Assembly (NCBI RefSeq): GCF_048593235.1
Contig: NC_133618.1
Coordinates: 253,419,882 to 253,483,881, forward strand
DNA length: 64,000 nucleotides
Reading direction: 5' to 3'
Source: Sminthopsis crassicaudata
Lineage: Eukaryota
Shown: positions 38,620 to 50,925 of the stretch, piece by piece
Layout: the number at the start of each line of letters is the position of its first letter
Position numbering within the stretch: the first letter of the stretch is position 1
Notes under the pieces: generated by a model
The model's input: the letters and a program-made list of their open reading frames with translations, nothing else
Database searches by the model: none
Told to the model about the DNA's origin: nothing
Program-made: the position numbers and the translations under genes

Positions 38620-39920
38620 ATTTATCTGGATATCTTTAGTTTTTTACATTTCCTACATTTTCCACTGTATCCCTCCTCCACAGCCTCTGAGTCAAGCTGT
38701 CCTTTACAGTTTAGAATTTTAAAAAGCAGAACAAAAAGTTCCTCAAAACTAACCAATATACTGAAAAGCAATTATAAGTAATGTTCCACATCTGTAACCC
38801 TCACTTTGGCAAGGTTGAGAGGAGGAAGTGTCTTATCATATATCTTTTAGGGGACTAATCTTGGTCATGATAATTTTGCCACATTCAGTCCCAATTGTTT
38901 TATTGTTATTATTCTTTTCATTTACATTGTTATAATAATATATATGGTTTTCCTGCTTTTTCATCCTTCATTTTAGATCATTTTACATGTTTTTCTGTAA
39001 TCTTCATTTCATTGTTTCCTACAACAGATAGCATTTCATTACATTCATGTACTTGCTTTGCCATTCTGCAATTCATAGGAATCTACTTTGTTTCCAGTTT
39101 TTTGCTACCCCAAAAAAGTACTTTTATAAATATTTTGGTATATACAGAGTCTCTTTTTTTGGTCATTAGGTTCTTAGGATATATATGCCTAGAAATGGAA
39201 TCTCTGAGTCAAAGATGTCCATTAGTTGATCTTCTTGCATAATTCCAAATTACATTCCAGAATTGTTGGAACAATTCACAGCTTAAAAAACAATGTATTA
39301 GCAATTATTTTTACATACCTCCTGTGATACCAACTTGTCTCAAGTTTTATCTTTTTTTTTTTTTTTTTTTCAAATATGCTGGAAGTGGGATTGGGCATTT
39401 TTCTCAATGAGGTAGAGCATTTTTTCATCGGTTGTTAATAGTTTGCATTTTTGAGAACTGTTTATTCATATTTTTGACCACTTATCTATTCAGGAAGAAC
39501 TTTTTGTCTTCCTTACGTTAGCTCGAAATCTAGTTGTTGCTTTATTGGTCAAGTACTTTAGCACATTTTTTTTTGATTTGTTACCCTGCATTATGCTGAG
39601 TCCTATAAAGTAACAAACTTTTTTTTTCCAGTAGTAGTTTATTTTTCCAAATACATGCAAAAATAGTTTTCAACATTCACTTCTGCAAAATCTTATGTTC
39701 CAAATTTTCCCTTCTTCCTCCCCCCTTTTCCCTTCCCCAAGACCAATATAGGTTAAACATGTGCAATTTTCTATTATATTTCCATATTCATCATATTGTG
39801 CAAAAAAAAAATATCAAAAAGAAAAAAATATGAGAAAGAAAAAAAAACCAAGAAGAACAAAAAGGTGAAAATACTATGCTTTGACCTATATTCAGTCTTC
39901 ATAGTTTTCTCTCTGGATAC
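38620..39920 (-). mobile_element. Older L1 fragments
   Basis: Degenerate L1 ORF2 and 3'UTR motifs (gagcattttttcat, aacattcacttctgcaaaa). Confidence 0.5.
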
Positions 39921-41282
39921 AGATGGCACTTGCCAACCTAAGTCTTTTAAAGTAAAAAACTTTAAAGTAATAATCATCAAAATAAGGATTGGGGTCTCAT
40001 CCTAAGTAGAATATGTCATAGCCCCAAGAGGCATATGATTCACCAAATGGAACAAAGGAAGATGAATCAAATCCTAGCCTCTTCATGATCAAGAGTTTGG
40101 GGGCCTGCCTCCAACACAATCACACTTACCCTTTACCCATTTTCTCCAAACAGTTTCCTAATTTGTCTCCTCCGTGTGCTTCCACCTTTCCCATCCTGCC
40201 CCTCCCATAGATCCATCAGGACAGTCATAACCTACTTAGCAGTAGCTGCACAAGCACCATATGTAAAATTCCTTCCCTGAACCCAGTGTCTCCAAGATGA
40301 TTGGGGTAGGTATTGCCTAGAGGATAGACTCTATATTCCAGAGGTATGACTTGTGAGTAAACTATTACCTTCTACTGTTTTGGTTTGAACAGCATGATAT
40401 AGCTAGTAATGTAAGTATGCAATAATTAATATATTATTAATAAAGTTAATAAAATTTATTTTTATTAGTACAGGAAATTCTAATGTGAGAAAACACTATC
40501 AATTCAGGTTAGCATCTTCTCGTCAACTTATAGTTTGCATTGCTTAGAGCACAGAGAGATTGCCTTTATAAAACAAGTACCATGTGTCAGTTGCTATGCT
40601 AAGTTTTGGGATGCAAAATAAAGCTCATTGTCTGATTGAAGAGACAACATACAAACAACATATATTCGGGTAAGGATAAATTGGAAGTAATCAAAGAAAG
40701 AACTACCATTATATTACAATGGAATAAAAAAAATGAATAGTTACATCCAGAAGGAGTGGAAATGGATCCAAAAATCTAGATAAGGAAAGGAGAGAGTAGT
40801 TAGTGCAGATATGATAGCCTGGAAGAGAATTGAAAGATTGGAGGTCACGAAGGAGTGGAATATGGGGAAAGATACCAAGCCAATAGGTTGGGTTATGATA
40901 AATGAATTTTGATGTTCTTGAATGTGGGGGTGGTACATTTGTGGGTACATTGTGATAGAAAGATCAAGAGTGTAATCATCTTTATGTGTGGCTGAGTTGG
41001 GGTGGAGGAATAGGTCTGGGAAAGAAATAGGTTGAGAAACTGGTAGGGTGTTTGATAAACTCTATTTGGAAGACAGGATTTGGGGAGGAAAGATTGCAAA
41101 CCAAGCACCGAGCAAGGAAGGAAAGTACTGAAGTTCTACAGGCAACTATCAGGAAATTTGATTGGGTAGAAGATGTAGATTATATGGACATTATGGGAAT
41201 TGAGTGAACCATACTAACTTCAATTCTAGATCTAGCTCAATTCTCTTTTTATTCAATCATAGGATTAATCCAATTTCTGCCT

Positions 41283-41857
41283 TGTGAGAAAATTTTATTC
41301 AATTACAGGAATTATGAGAAAACTTTAAGTGCATTGTTTGAACCTAGCCTTGGGTGGATGGGAAGCTAGATTACCTCTACCTGTTACTTACAGATCTTTA
41401 ACTAAAGACCAAAAAAACTCATTGAAATCTGAAAATTGATACAGAAGTTTTCTCACAATTACATACCTCAAAAAACTCATGTAAGTTGTCTGAAAAAATG
41501 GCCCTGCAGTCAGTTACTATTTCCTTGTTCCTTTGATTGAATACAGACATATGAGGAGTGGGACATCTCTTTTTCTGATTTCAGGGAACTGTACCTCTTT
41601 TCTTTTCCCTTTCCCAACTTGAAAAACCTATGACCTTTCATCCAATTGGAAATCAGATTACTTAATCTTGTATCTTGGTTTATATCATATTAATTGGTGG
41701 GTTTTTTTTTAAATGAATAAAAATCTGTCTTCCCTTGTATTTGAGGTCCAGTGCCAAGTTGAGGAAGCCTGGTCCTAATTTCTTATGCAATTGGCATGCA
41801 TTGCTTAATAAATTCAAACCTTTGCTTCCTCATTTATTTCAGCTTTTACCTATCACA
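41283..41857 (+). mobile_element. Solo ERV LTR
   Basis: TG...CA termini, AATAAA at 41716 and 41807, approximate 4-bp TSD gcct/gtct, interrupts L2-rich sequence. Confidence 0.6.
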
Positions 41858-43829
41858 GTCTCAAAGGAGGAGAATGAATGAAGGTAGTGAAAAAACTTGG
41901 AAGTGGCAATGGGGAACAAGTATTCCAACTTCTTTACTTCAGCTAGAGAGCCGAGGAAAATGAGTGGAACTTCAGCCAGTGCTGGATGGGGTAGCCAGGG
42001 TTATGTCATCAGGAGTGAGCCAGTTCTCAGTTATAGCCAGAAGATGGAAGGGGTAGGAAAGGGAGAGATTTAGGGTGAAAGCAGATGTGTTGACTATGCA
42101 GCGGGCATTCCAGAGGGCACAGTGGAAGGGATGAATAGCATTTGTTTGAACCTTTAGGATGGATGGGTTCAGAAGGATAGGAATAAAAAATTGGTTTGTG
42201 GGGAATAAGAAATGAGATTTGGAAAAGAAACTGCAGAAATTCAGAATCTCTGGGATGTGATGAATATGACAAGATGAATATGATCATTCAGTGAAAGCTA
42301 CCGCTCTTCCCTGAAGAGATTGGAAATCAGGCAAGAGACATGTACAATCTCAGATGGAAGGCACACAATCAGATAGAGGACCCTTATTTTTTCTCTCCTC
42401 TTCCCTCTAGAGACTTCTCTTTATACTCTTTCTGGGGGCTGGAGATCAGGCAGGAAATGGACACTGCAAGATGGAAATTCCTTCTCTTCCTTCTTCTGAA
42501 GACACATATAACAAAGATGAAAGGCATGTGTTCAGATGGGAGGCTTTTCTTGACCTCTCCTTTTTCCTCTGGAGGCTTGCAGTCAGCCAGGAGATGTTAC
42601 AGGAGCTGATGGTAAGAGTAAGAAGACTGGAAAAGTAGGAGAGTTCCAGATTGTGAAGGGCTTCGAAATATCAGAGGATTTTATATTTGATCCTAGAGCT
42701 GATAAGGAGTTATTGCATTTTACTGACTAGGGGAGTGGTATAGTAAGACATATTCAGGAATATTAATATTATTAATAATATAGTTTTCAACCTTTATTTT
42801 TGCAAGATTTGTGTTTCAAATTTTCTCCCTTCCTCCCTTATCTTACTCTTCTCCAAGATAGCAAACAATCTGACATGTACAATCCTTTTAAACATATTTC
42901 CATATTTGTCACATTATACAAAGAAAAATCAGACCAAAAGGGAAGAAAATAGGAGAAATTAATATCTAAAAATATTAATATGATATATTTAAGAATATTC
43001 ATATCCTCTCCAGTTCACTTTACAGATGAGGAAACTGAGGTAAACAGTATTGAATGACTTGTTCTGAATCATAGAACTAGAAAGTGTCTGAGGCCAGATT
43101 TGAACTCAGGATGATGTTTTACTACCTCCAGGCCTAGCCCTTGTGCCATCTAGCTAACCAACTTTAACTTTTGAGTGAGTTGGATTTGTTAATGACATCA
43201 CCAAAGTGAAGTCTGGACTGTTGTGTAAATTGGATTTAAATAATCCAGTTGGACTTTCTAAATTAAAGCCCTTCATAAGCTTCAGGTTGGCCCAGCACTA
43301 GAGTAAAGACTTTTGGACCACTCTTCCCATCCACCCTGAGTGTAAGGCCCTCTTGTGCCTGTTTTCTGTGTGCCTGGGTATCATCTATCTGTCCCCAAAG
43401 CACATGTTCTTCCTACTGCTCTTATTTCTGTCTCCAGCCCCCATTCACTATCACGAAGGCCCTTCTTGCCTCCCTTTCTTCCAAGAGTCCATTTACATAA
43501 AACAAAAACTGTCTGTATAGAGGAGATGCTATTAAAGTAAAAATCAACAGAAATTGGCCACAGTTTGAATATGATTTGGATGTGGGGTTAGAGTGAGTAG
43601 AGAAGAATAACTAGGTTTTAATCATGGTGAGAGAAATTAATATTATACTATTATATTTATAACTAATTATTAATTTATGATTTATCCTTTTCCTTCTATT
43701 TCTATTGAGACCCAGCTACTGAAAAAGGTTAGTCAGCCTCTGAAGAACATGGCTGAGTGGCAAAATTGCTTCTAGTAGCAAGGCACATGCTGTTAAATAG
43801 ATTGGATGGGATCCTACCCAACTGGAAAC

Positions 43830-45135
43830 CTAATTTCTTTTCTTTTTTTTCTCAATGTATTTTATTTTTCTAAATATACATATAGTTTTCAACATTTTTC
43901 TTTCTTTTTTATTAAAGCTTTTTATTTTCAAAACATATGCATAGATAATTTTCAACATTCATCCTTGCAAAATCTTGTGTTCCAAATTTTTTCCTTCTTT
44001 CCCCCCCACCCCTTCCCCTAGACAGCAAGTAATACAATATATGTTAAACATTTGCAATTCTTCTATAGATATTTCCACAATTATCATGCTGCACAAGAAA
44101 AATCAGATCAAAAAGGAAAAAAAATAAGAAAGAAAGCAAAATGGAAGCAAACCATAACAAAAAGAGTGAAATACTATGTTGTGATCCATACTCAGTCCCC
44201 AGTCCTCTCTCTGGGTGTAGATGGCTTTCTCTAACACAAGACCATCGGAACTGGTCTTAATCATCTCATTGTTGAAAAGACTCATGTCCATCAGAATTGA
44301 TCATCACATAGTCTTGTTGTTGCCTTATATAATGATCTTCTGGTTCTACTCACTTCACTTAGCATTAGTTCATGTAAGTTTCTCCAAGCCTCTCTGAAAT
44401 CATCCTGCTGATCTCAACATTCATTTTTACTAGATTTTGTACTCCAAGTTTTTTTTCCCTTCCTCCTTTACCTTATGCCTCCCCAAGGCAGTAAGCAATC
44501 TGACATGTACACTCTTTTTAAACGTTTCCATATTTGTCATGTTGTACAAGAAAAATGAGACCAAAAGGGAAGAAAACATGAGAAATAAAAGGCAAACAAA
44601 CAGAGGTGAAAATATTATGCCTTGATCCAGATTCAATCTCCATGGTTCTCTCTCTGATTGTGGATGACACTTTCTATCCCAAGTCTATTGGAACTGTCTC
44701 GAATCACCACATTGCTGAGAAGAGCCAAGTTCATCACAGTGGATCATCACATAATCTTGTTCCTGTGTACAGTGATCTCTTGGTTCTACTCATTTCACTT
44801 AACACCATTTCATGTAAATCTTTTTTCTGAAATCAGCCTGCTCATCATTTCTTATAGAACAATAATATTCCACAACATCACATTCATATACCATAACTTG
44901 TGCAGTCATTCCCCAACTGATGAGCTCAACTTCCAGTTCCTTGTCACTACAAAAAGGGCTGATAAATTCATTTTTGCACATGTGGGTCCTCTCCCCTCTT
45001 TATGATCACTTTGGGAATCAGATCTAGCTGAGACACTGCTGGATCAAAGGGTATTCACAATTTGGGCGTAGTTTGAAATTGCTCTCCAGAATGATTGGAT
45101 GATTTCACAACTTGACCAACAATGCCTTAGTGTCC
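43830..45135 (-). mobile_element. Two tandem L1 3' fragments (junction ~44415)
   Basis: Two successive copies of marsupial L1 3'UTR/ORF2 end in minus orientation. Confidence 0.75.
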
Positions 45136-45555
45136 CAGTTGGAAAACTTTTTTTGTTTAGAGTATGGACAGAATACAGTCTAGGTGAACCTTTGCCTGGG
45201 GGAGGAACTTCCCATCCTTGATCCTCTCCTTTAGAGTTTAATAGAACCGAGCTCATGAAAGAGAAAATTAGCCAGAGAAGTCCAGATGAAAAAGGCTTCC
45301 CCTTTTCTGGATTCCTTGAATCTACTGAATCTCATGACCAAACTTTGTTCTCAGCAGAAGGAGTTAAAGACTTTTAGCCTCCTCCTCATTTAATGTACAC
45401 CAATAAGTGTTAAGTTTCACTCATCAAGAGAATTTCCTTTTGGAAGGGATTTAAGGCCTTTCAGCATTTCCTTTGGCATCTTTGATTACTAAAACTCCTG
45501 GCCATCAACTTATTGATTCTAGATTGACCTAATTAATAAATTATTATTTGTCACA
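45136..45555 (+). mobile_element. Probable solo LTR
   Basis: AATAAA at 45535 then ...gtcaCA end; lies between L1 and L2 remnants; 5' end uncertain. Confidence 0.45.
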
Positions 45556-45559
45556 ATGG

Positions 45560-46260
45560 CTGGGTTAGTTGGTGGTACCCTTGATGATAAAAGGGAAGTT
45601 TGGAAGGGGAGAGTGTTTGATGGTAGAGATAATGAGTTCAGTTTTAGGTATGCTGAATTGAAAACAACTATGGGGCATCTTGCCAGGGATGTTTAATAGG
45701 CAATTGGAGATGCTAGTCTGAGATTAGGGCTGGAGAAGTAAATCTGCAAATCATCAGCATAGAGATAATTATTGAAAATATGACTTCTGTTGAGACCATG
45801 AAAGTGAAATAGTATAGAGGAAGAAGATGTTCACAGCAGAGCCCTGAAGGACATGTCTGTTTAATAAATGTAATCTGGACAAAGATTCAGTAAAGGACAC
45901 GGAGAAGGTATGATTGGAGTCCGGAAGAGAACTACATCGGGATATCAGAAACCCAGAGAGAAGAGTATTAAGTAGAAGAGGTTGATTAGTAGCTTCAGTT
46001 GAGTCTTAGCAAATACTACAAAGCAGTCAAGAAGGATGAGGACTGAAAAAAGGCAATTAGAGATGGCAGTTTCTCAAGAGATCGTTGGTAATTTTGGAGA
46101 GAGCAATTTGGGTTGAATGATGAGATCAGAAACCAAATCACACAGAGTTAAAAATAGAGTAAGAGGAAAGAAAATAGATAACATTTAGACAAGGTCAAAG
46201 GCAAGACTTGAACGAAGCTTTTCCTAGATGGAGAGTGGCTCTCTATCCACTATGGGGGAG
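45560..46260 (-). mobile_element. L2 fragment
   Basis: Purine-rich reverse L2 motifs (gagttcagttttagg, aggatgaggactgaaaaaagg). Confidence 0.6.
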
Positions 46261-46950
46261 AGTATAATTTTTTTTTAATGATAGAAGATTACAATTAAAA
46301 AAAAAACAAACAAAAAAACTTTGGCTATCACTACCATAGACTCAACTCTCCCTTTAGGTCTCCAGTGAATGTGGGACAGTCTAGTAGAAGTCAGAAGAAT
46401 TGACTTGTAAATGAGGTAGGGATATGCTAATGGAGATGAAGAACAGCCTTGACTTTTGTGGAGGAGAAGGGGAAGGCAGTAAAGAGGGGAAGGGATCTCG
46501 AGGTAACCGACTTTTCCTGAGATTTTATGAAGGCAGAGACTAGATCCCAGATTCACCTTTTCTGTCTGGGTGCTGCTACATTTACAAGCCACCAGATTCT
46601 CTAAAGAGAATGCATGACCCTCAACTTTAGTAGCCGAGCTCTTGCTCATAATGTTTTGGGTCAGTGACCTGTGGTGTCTGTCCAGAAACGGCTCTCTCTC
46701 TGAGCACAACCAATGACTGAATGTCTTCTGGGTGTTCTCCTGACGGTTCTGGAGTAGTGATCTACTTTTACTGGGCTCCATAAAGGCAGATTTATATGGA
46801 ATGACTCTCTTTTGCTCTCCATCCTCTCTTTCCCCTGCAGTTCTCCCTGGTACTTTGGGGCTGAGATATATGCCCCTTTTGGAGCTGCTGTCCTCCCTGG
46901 GAAGGCTCTGGCTCTGAGCCCTGTGACTCTGGGACTGACCACTGTCAGAG

Positions 46951-46956
46951 CACGTG
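46951..46956. promoter_or_regulatory. E-box CACGTG upstream of BIRC7 (possible MITF/TFE/USF site)
   Basis: GAGCACGTGAG ~220 nt upstream of the ATG; human BIRC7 is an established MITF target. Confidence 0.3.
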
Positions 46957-47170
46957 AGGTGGAATCCCTGAGCCAGTGCTTTCCAGAAGGCTAAGCCAGC
47001 AGATTTGGAACAGTCCAGTGCGGGTGTCCTCCCATTTCCCTTCCCCCATCCTGACCCAAGGCAGACAAGCATAATAGAAATACTGGTTTTCACTTCCCAA
47101 TTTTTTGCAAGGGAGGTCACACAGCTCTGGAGGAAACAGGGAGAGCAGAGGGCAAGTGGATGAGCCCAGA

Positions 47171-47627
47171 ATGGGCAGTGAGGCCAGCCGAAGAAAAACC
47201 TTCCAGGACTGGCCAGCTGAGGGCCCTGTCTCTCCCCAGGACCTGGCCAGAGCCGGCTTCTTCTACGTAGGCCCTCAGGACAGGGTGCAGTGTTTCTGCT
47301 GTGGCGGGATGTTGGACAACTGGACAGCTGGAGACAGCCCCCTCCTAGAACACCAGAGGCTTTTCCCCACGTGTCAGTTTGCCCTCAGCAAGCATACTGG
47401 CAGTCTCCCTGCCCGGGACACTAATGACAGCGTAGATGGGCAGATTCTGAGTCAATTACAAAGAATATCGGAGGAAGAAGGGGAAGGAAATGAGACCGTC
47501 CTGACTACCAGACCCGCCTACCCAGATATGGGAGTGGAACAGATCCGCCTGGACTCATTTCACAACTGGCCATCTGCTTCAACGGTGTGCCCTCAGCAAC
47601 TGGCCAGAGCAGGCTTTTTCTACACAG
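47171..47627 (+). CDS. BIRC7: BIRC7 first coding exon: BIR1, linker, first half of BIR2
   Basis: ATG in strong Kozak context (AGAATGG); BIR1 C-x2-C-x16-H-x6-C intact (CFCC...EHQRLFPTC); DGQILSQL linker and GFFYTG as in livin; phase-1 GTAGG donor at 47628. The true start may be further upstream (see findings). Confidence 0.9.
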
Positions 47628-49432
47628 GTAGGCCGGACGCTTCGTTTCATACAGGCTGGTTGTGGGGCCTTAAGCATGCACATTAGTGTGGAGAAGTTAG
47701 CCTGGGTTTTCCTCGAGGTCACCTCTTTTCATGCACTTGAGTCTGGAGTTACACTTGTTCTAAATCATTCCCTACAAGTCTGTGGCACAGGCAGACTGGG
47801 TATGTCACATAAACTGATCCCTGACAGACCTCTGAAGAATAAGGCTGGTTTTGCTTGGCCATTGTCACACTGTAGGAAGCCATGTGTCTATAAATGGGCT
47901 CTAAGGAGAAGTGGGCGCTTTTTTTCCTTTCCTTTTTCCTTGGCTCCCTCGCCCCTTTTAAACACCCGATATCTTTGTAGATTTTGAACATTCATTTTTG
48001 TCAAACTTTATGTTCCAAATTTTTCTCCCTCCCTCCCTTATCTCCCCTTTCCCCAGGCAATCTGATAGAGGTTAAATATGCAATCCTTCATAGATTTTGG
48101 GAGATTTTCATTTCAAAACCTAGGATTAGAGCAGTAATTTATAGCTGAGTGTTAATGGAAAGTCTAATATATTCTTTATTGTGGCAAACTTAGCCTGGCT
48201 AGAATTGAGGCCATCTTGGAACATTTTTATGACCTTCAAGACCATCTAGTCCCAATTTTATTTTACAGATGAAACAGAAGTTTAGAGAAGGGAATTAGTT
48301 GTCCAAAGTCAGACTAGAATGGCAGAGGTGGGATTCCACTCCAGGTTTTCTGAATCCGATGTTCTTTTTGGTATCCTATCTGGCAGCTTGGAGAGTATGT
48401 TATGGGGTGGAGTGCTGGGTCTTTGTCTCAGAGTACCCTAGACTACATTTACTCATCAGATAGTTGAGGCCATAGTCTCCAGAGAGGCCAGAAGTGGGGC
48501 AAAGTGGTGAGCGAACCCCTGTTTTATGTTCTCGAAAGGAAGCCTCTTTCCTTTGGCTGCGTTCACTGTGCCTTCCTCTCTTACCAATAAAATAAATTCA
48601 GCACAGACCAGCCATTTCCCCCAATCTGATGGCGGAGCGAAGAGGCCTATAGTTTCTCTATTCCTTTCCTCTAGAAACCTCGTAAAACCCAATCTATTAT
48701 TGCTGTTCTGGATTTAGTTATGAAAGATGAGGTAGATCTATGGGAAGTGACATGTGTATCTTTGGAGCTGTTTGCTATAACACACATCTGTCATAGGCTC
48801 CCCAGTCTGCCTTGTTCTAGGATCAAACTGAGAATACAAAGGGACCTTGCAGGCCATTGAGTCCGACTTTTATAGCTGAGGAAACTGAGTCAAGCAGCAA
48901 GTTAATTATCATTTATTAAGCACCTACTATGTGCCAGGCCGTGTGCTAAGTACTGGAAATACAAAGAAAGGCAGAACAGCCCCTGTTCCAAAACAGCTCA
49001 CAGTCTAATATGGAAAATAACATGCAAACTAACTAACTACAAAGAAGTTATGTACAGGATAAATCAGAGATAACAGAAAGAAAGTGTTAGTTAGCATTAA
49101 AGGGATCAGGAAAGGCTTCCTACAGGAAGCAGAAATGAAAAAAGAGAATATGGAGAAGATCCAGTGAAAACAACTTAACATGGAGCCTTCTTGTAGAAAT
49201 GGAAGGCTAGGAGAAAGGTGGTGGGAGAGACCAGGGCACTGTGAGAGGGGGAAGGGGAATGGGAAGGAGCCAAACAGCTGCATTTTTCACCCTAACTCAC
49301 CCTAACTGAAGGCTGTCCCCTGGTCATGAGCTTGGGAGACTGCTATTTACTCTCTGGGTAAGGCCCAGTTTTATTATTCTTTTTCTAGGTTCCTTACGAC
49401 ACCTCAGTAAGGATGTCCAATATTTTAAAAAT

Positions 49433-49963
49433 TTTTTAATAATTTTTATTTACCAGATATATTTATTTATTTACCAGATATATGCATGGGTAATTTTACA
49501 ACACTGACAATTGCCAAACTTTTTGCTCTATTTTTTCCCCTCCTTCCCCCCCCCCCCAGATGGCAGGTTGACCGATACATGTTAAATATGATAGAGTATA
49601 AGTTAAATACAATACATGTATACATGACCAAACAGTTGTTTTGCTGAACAAAAAGAATCGGACTTTGAAATAGTGTACAATTAACCTGTGAAGGAAATAA
49701 AAAATACAGTCAGATAAAAATAGAGGGATTGGGAATTCTATGTAGTGGTTCATAGTCATCTCCCAGAGTTCTTTCACTGGGTGTAGCTGGTTCAGTTTAT
49801 TACTGCTCTATTGGAACTCATTTGGTTCATCTCATTGTTGAAGAGGGCCACATCCATCAGAATTGATCATCATACAGTATTGTTGTTGAAGTATATAATG
49901 ATCTCCTGGTTCTGCTCATTTCACTCAGCATCAGTTCATGTAAGTCTCTCCAGGCCTTTCTGA
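49433..49963 (-). mobile_element. L1 3' fragment in BIRC7 intron 1
   Basis: Reverse-complement L1 ORF2 end (...cagttcatgtaagtctctccaggcc), 3'UTR and T-rich tail. Confidence 0.8.
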
Positions 49964-50364
49964 CATCAAGGGATTCCAATATTGAATGGAGCTAAATTGT
50001 TTTTTTGGGTAAAATTTAGTCTTACTAAGGGGTAGAGGAACCACTGGAAAAGTAGCTTTAGACTATGTAATAACCATTTATATATAGCACTTTTAAGATT
50101 TATGAAATGTATGTGTGTATATGTATGTATGTATGTATGTATGTATCAGAGACAGAACTTGAACTCAGTTCTTTCCAAGGCTGGTTTGCTACCCACTATT
50201 CCATATTGCTTTAGAATAAGTTAAATGAACCACTGAGATATTGAGCTTCTGGTTCAAGTTTTCGTTAAGACAATCATCTGCTGCACCTGGTCCAGGATGT
50301 CCTGCTTCTTCTCCAGAGCCACAGTTCCAGCTGCTCCTGGAAACCTCTCTGTGCTGTCTTTCAG

Positions 50365-50464
50365 GCCAGCATGACCATGTGAAGTGTTACTACTGTGATG
50401 GGGGCCTGAGGAACTGGGATCGAGGGGATGACCCTTGGAGGGAGCACGCCAAGTGGTTCCCTAG
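50365..50464 (+). CDS. BIRC7: BIRC7 exon 2, BIR2 core ([34 protein letters not shown])
   Basis: 100 nt, AG/GT boundaries, phase 1 to 2; type II BIR IBM-groove signature. Confidence 0.95.
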
Positions 50465-50693
50465 GTAACTTGGGGTGCCGTGGAACTTTTATGTGTCTGA
50501 ATATCCTCAGCTTTCTGATGAAGGTATTTGATGTCCCTAGGCCAGGTGTTGTACTTCTGCAAGAAAAAGCTATCTAGGTCTGCCCTGGAAAAGTTCACGT
50601 TAGCTTTAGAAGTCTCTCTTATTCCATCTTCCTTCTCACTCATTCCCATTATATCCAGCTGTATCTTTTATCTTTACTTTTGCCTTTTTTCAG

Positions 50694-50772
50694 ATGTGAA
50701 TTTCTGCTTCAATCCAGAGGCAGGGCCTATGTCAGTAGCATCCAGGAGTCCTCCAGCCTACTAGAGTCCTGG
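50694..50772 (+). CDS. BIRC7: BIRC7 exon 3 (CEFLLQSRGRAYVSSIQESSSLLESW)
   Basis: Long pyrimidine tract plus CAG, GTAAGT donor; supplies the last Zn-ligand Cys of BIR2. Confidence 0.93.
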
Positions 50773-50876
50773 GTAAGTTCATATAATTCTCCTTACAGGA
50801 TTTTTTTGGGATAATGCTTAAGAAAAAGAAAATCCTGCCATGTTATTTATTTTTAAAAAGATGTTATGCTTTTTAG

Positions 50877-50925
50877 GGCCATGGAGAAGATCCAGGAGAG
50901 GTAGATTCCACTCCTTCTACCCCAG
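50877..50925 (+). CDS. BIRC7: BIRC7 exon 4 (GHGEDPGEVDSTPSTP)
   Basis: TTTTTAG acceptor, GTTAGT donor, phase 0 to 1; position and size like the short livin exon after BIR. Confidence 0.8.
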
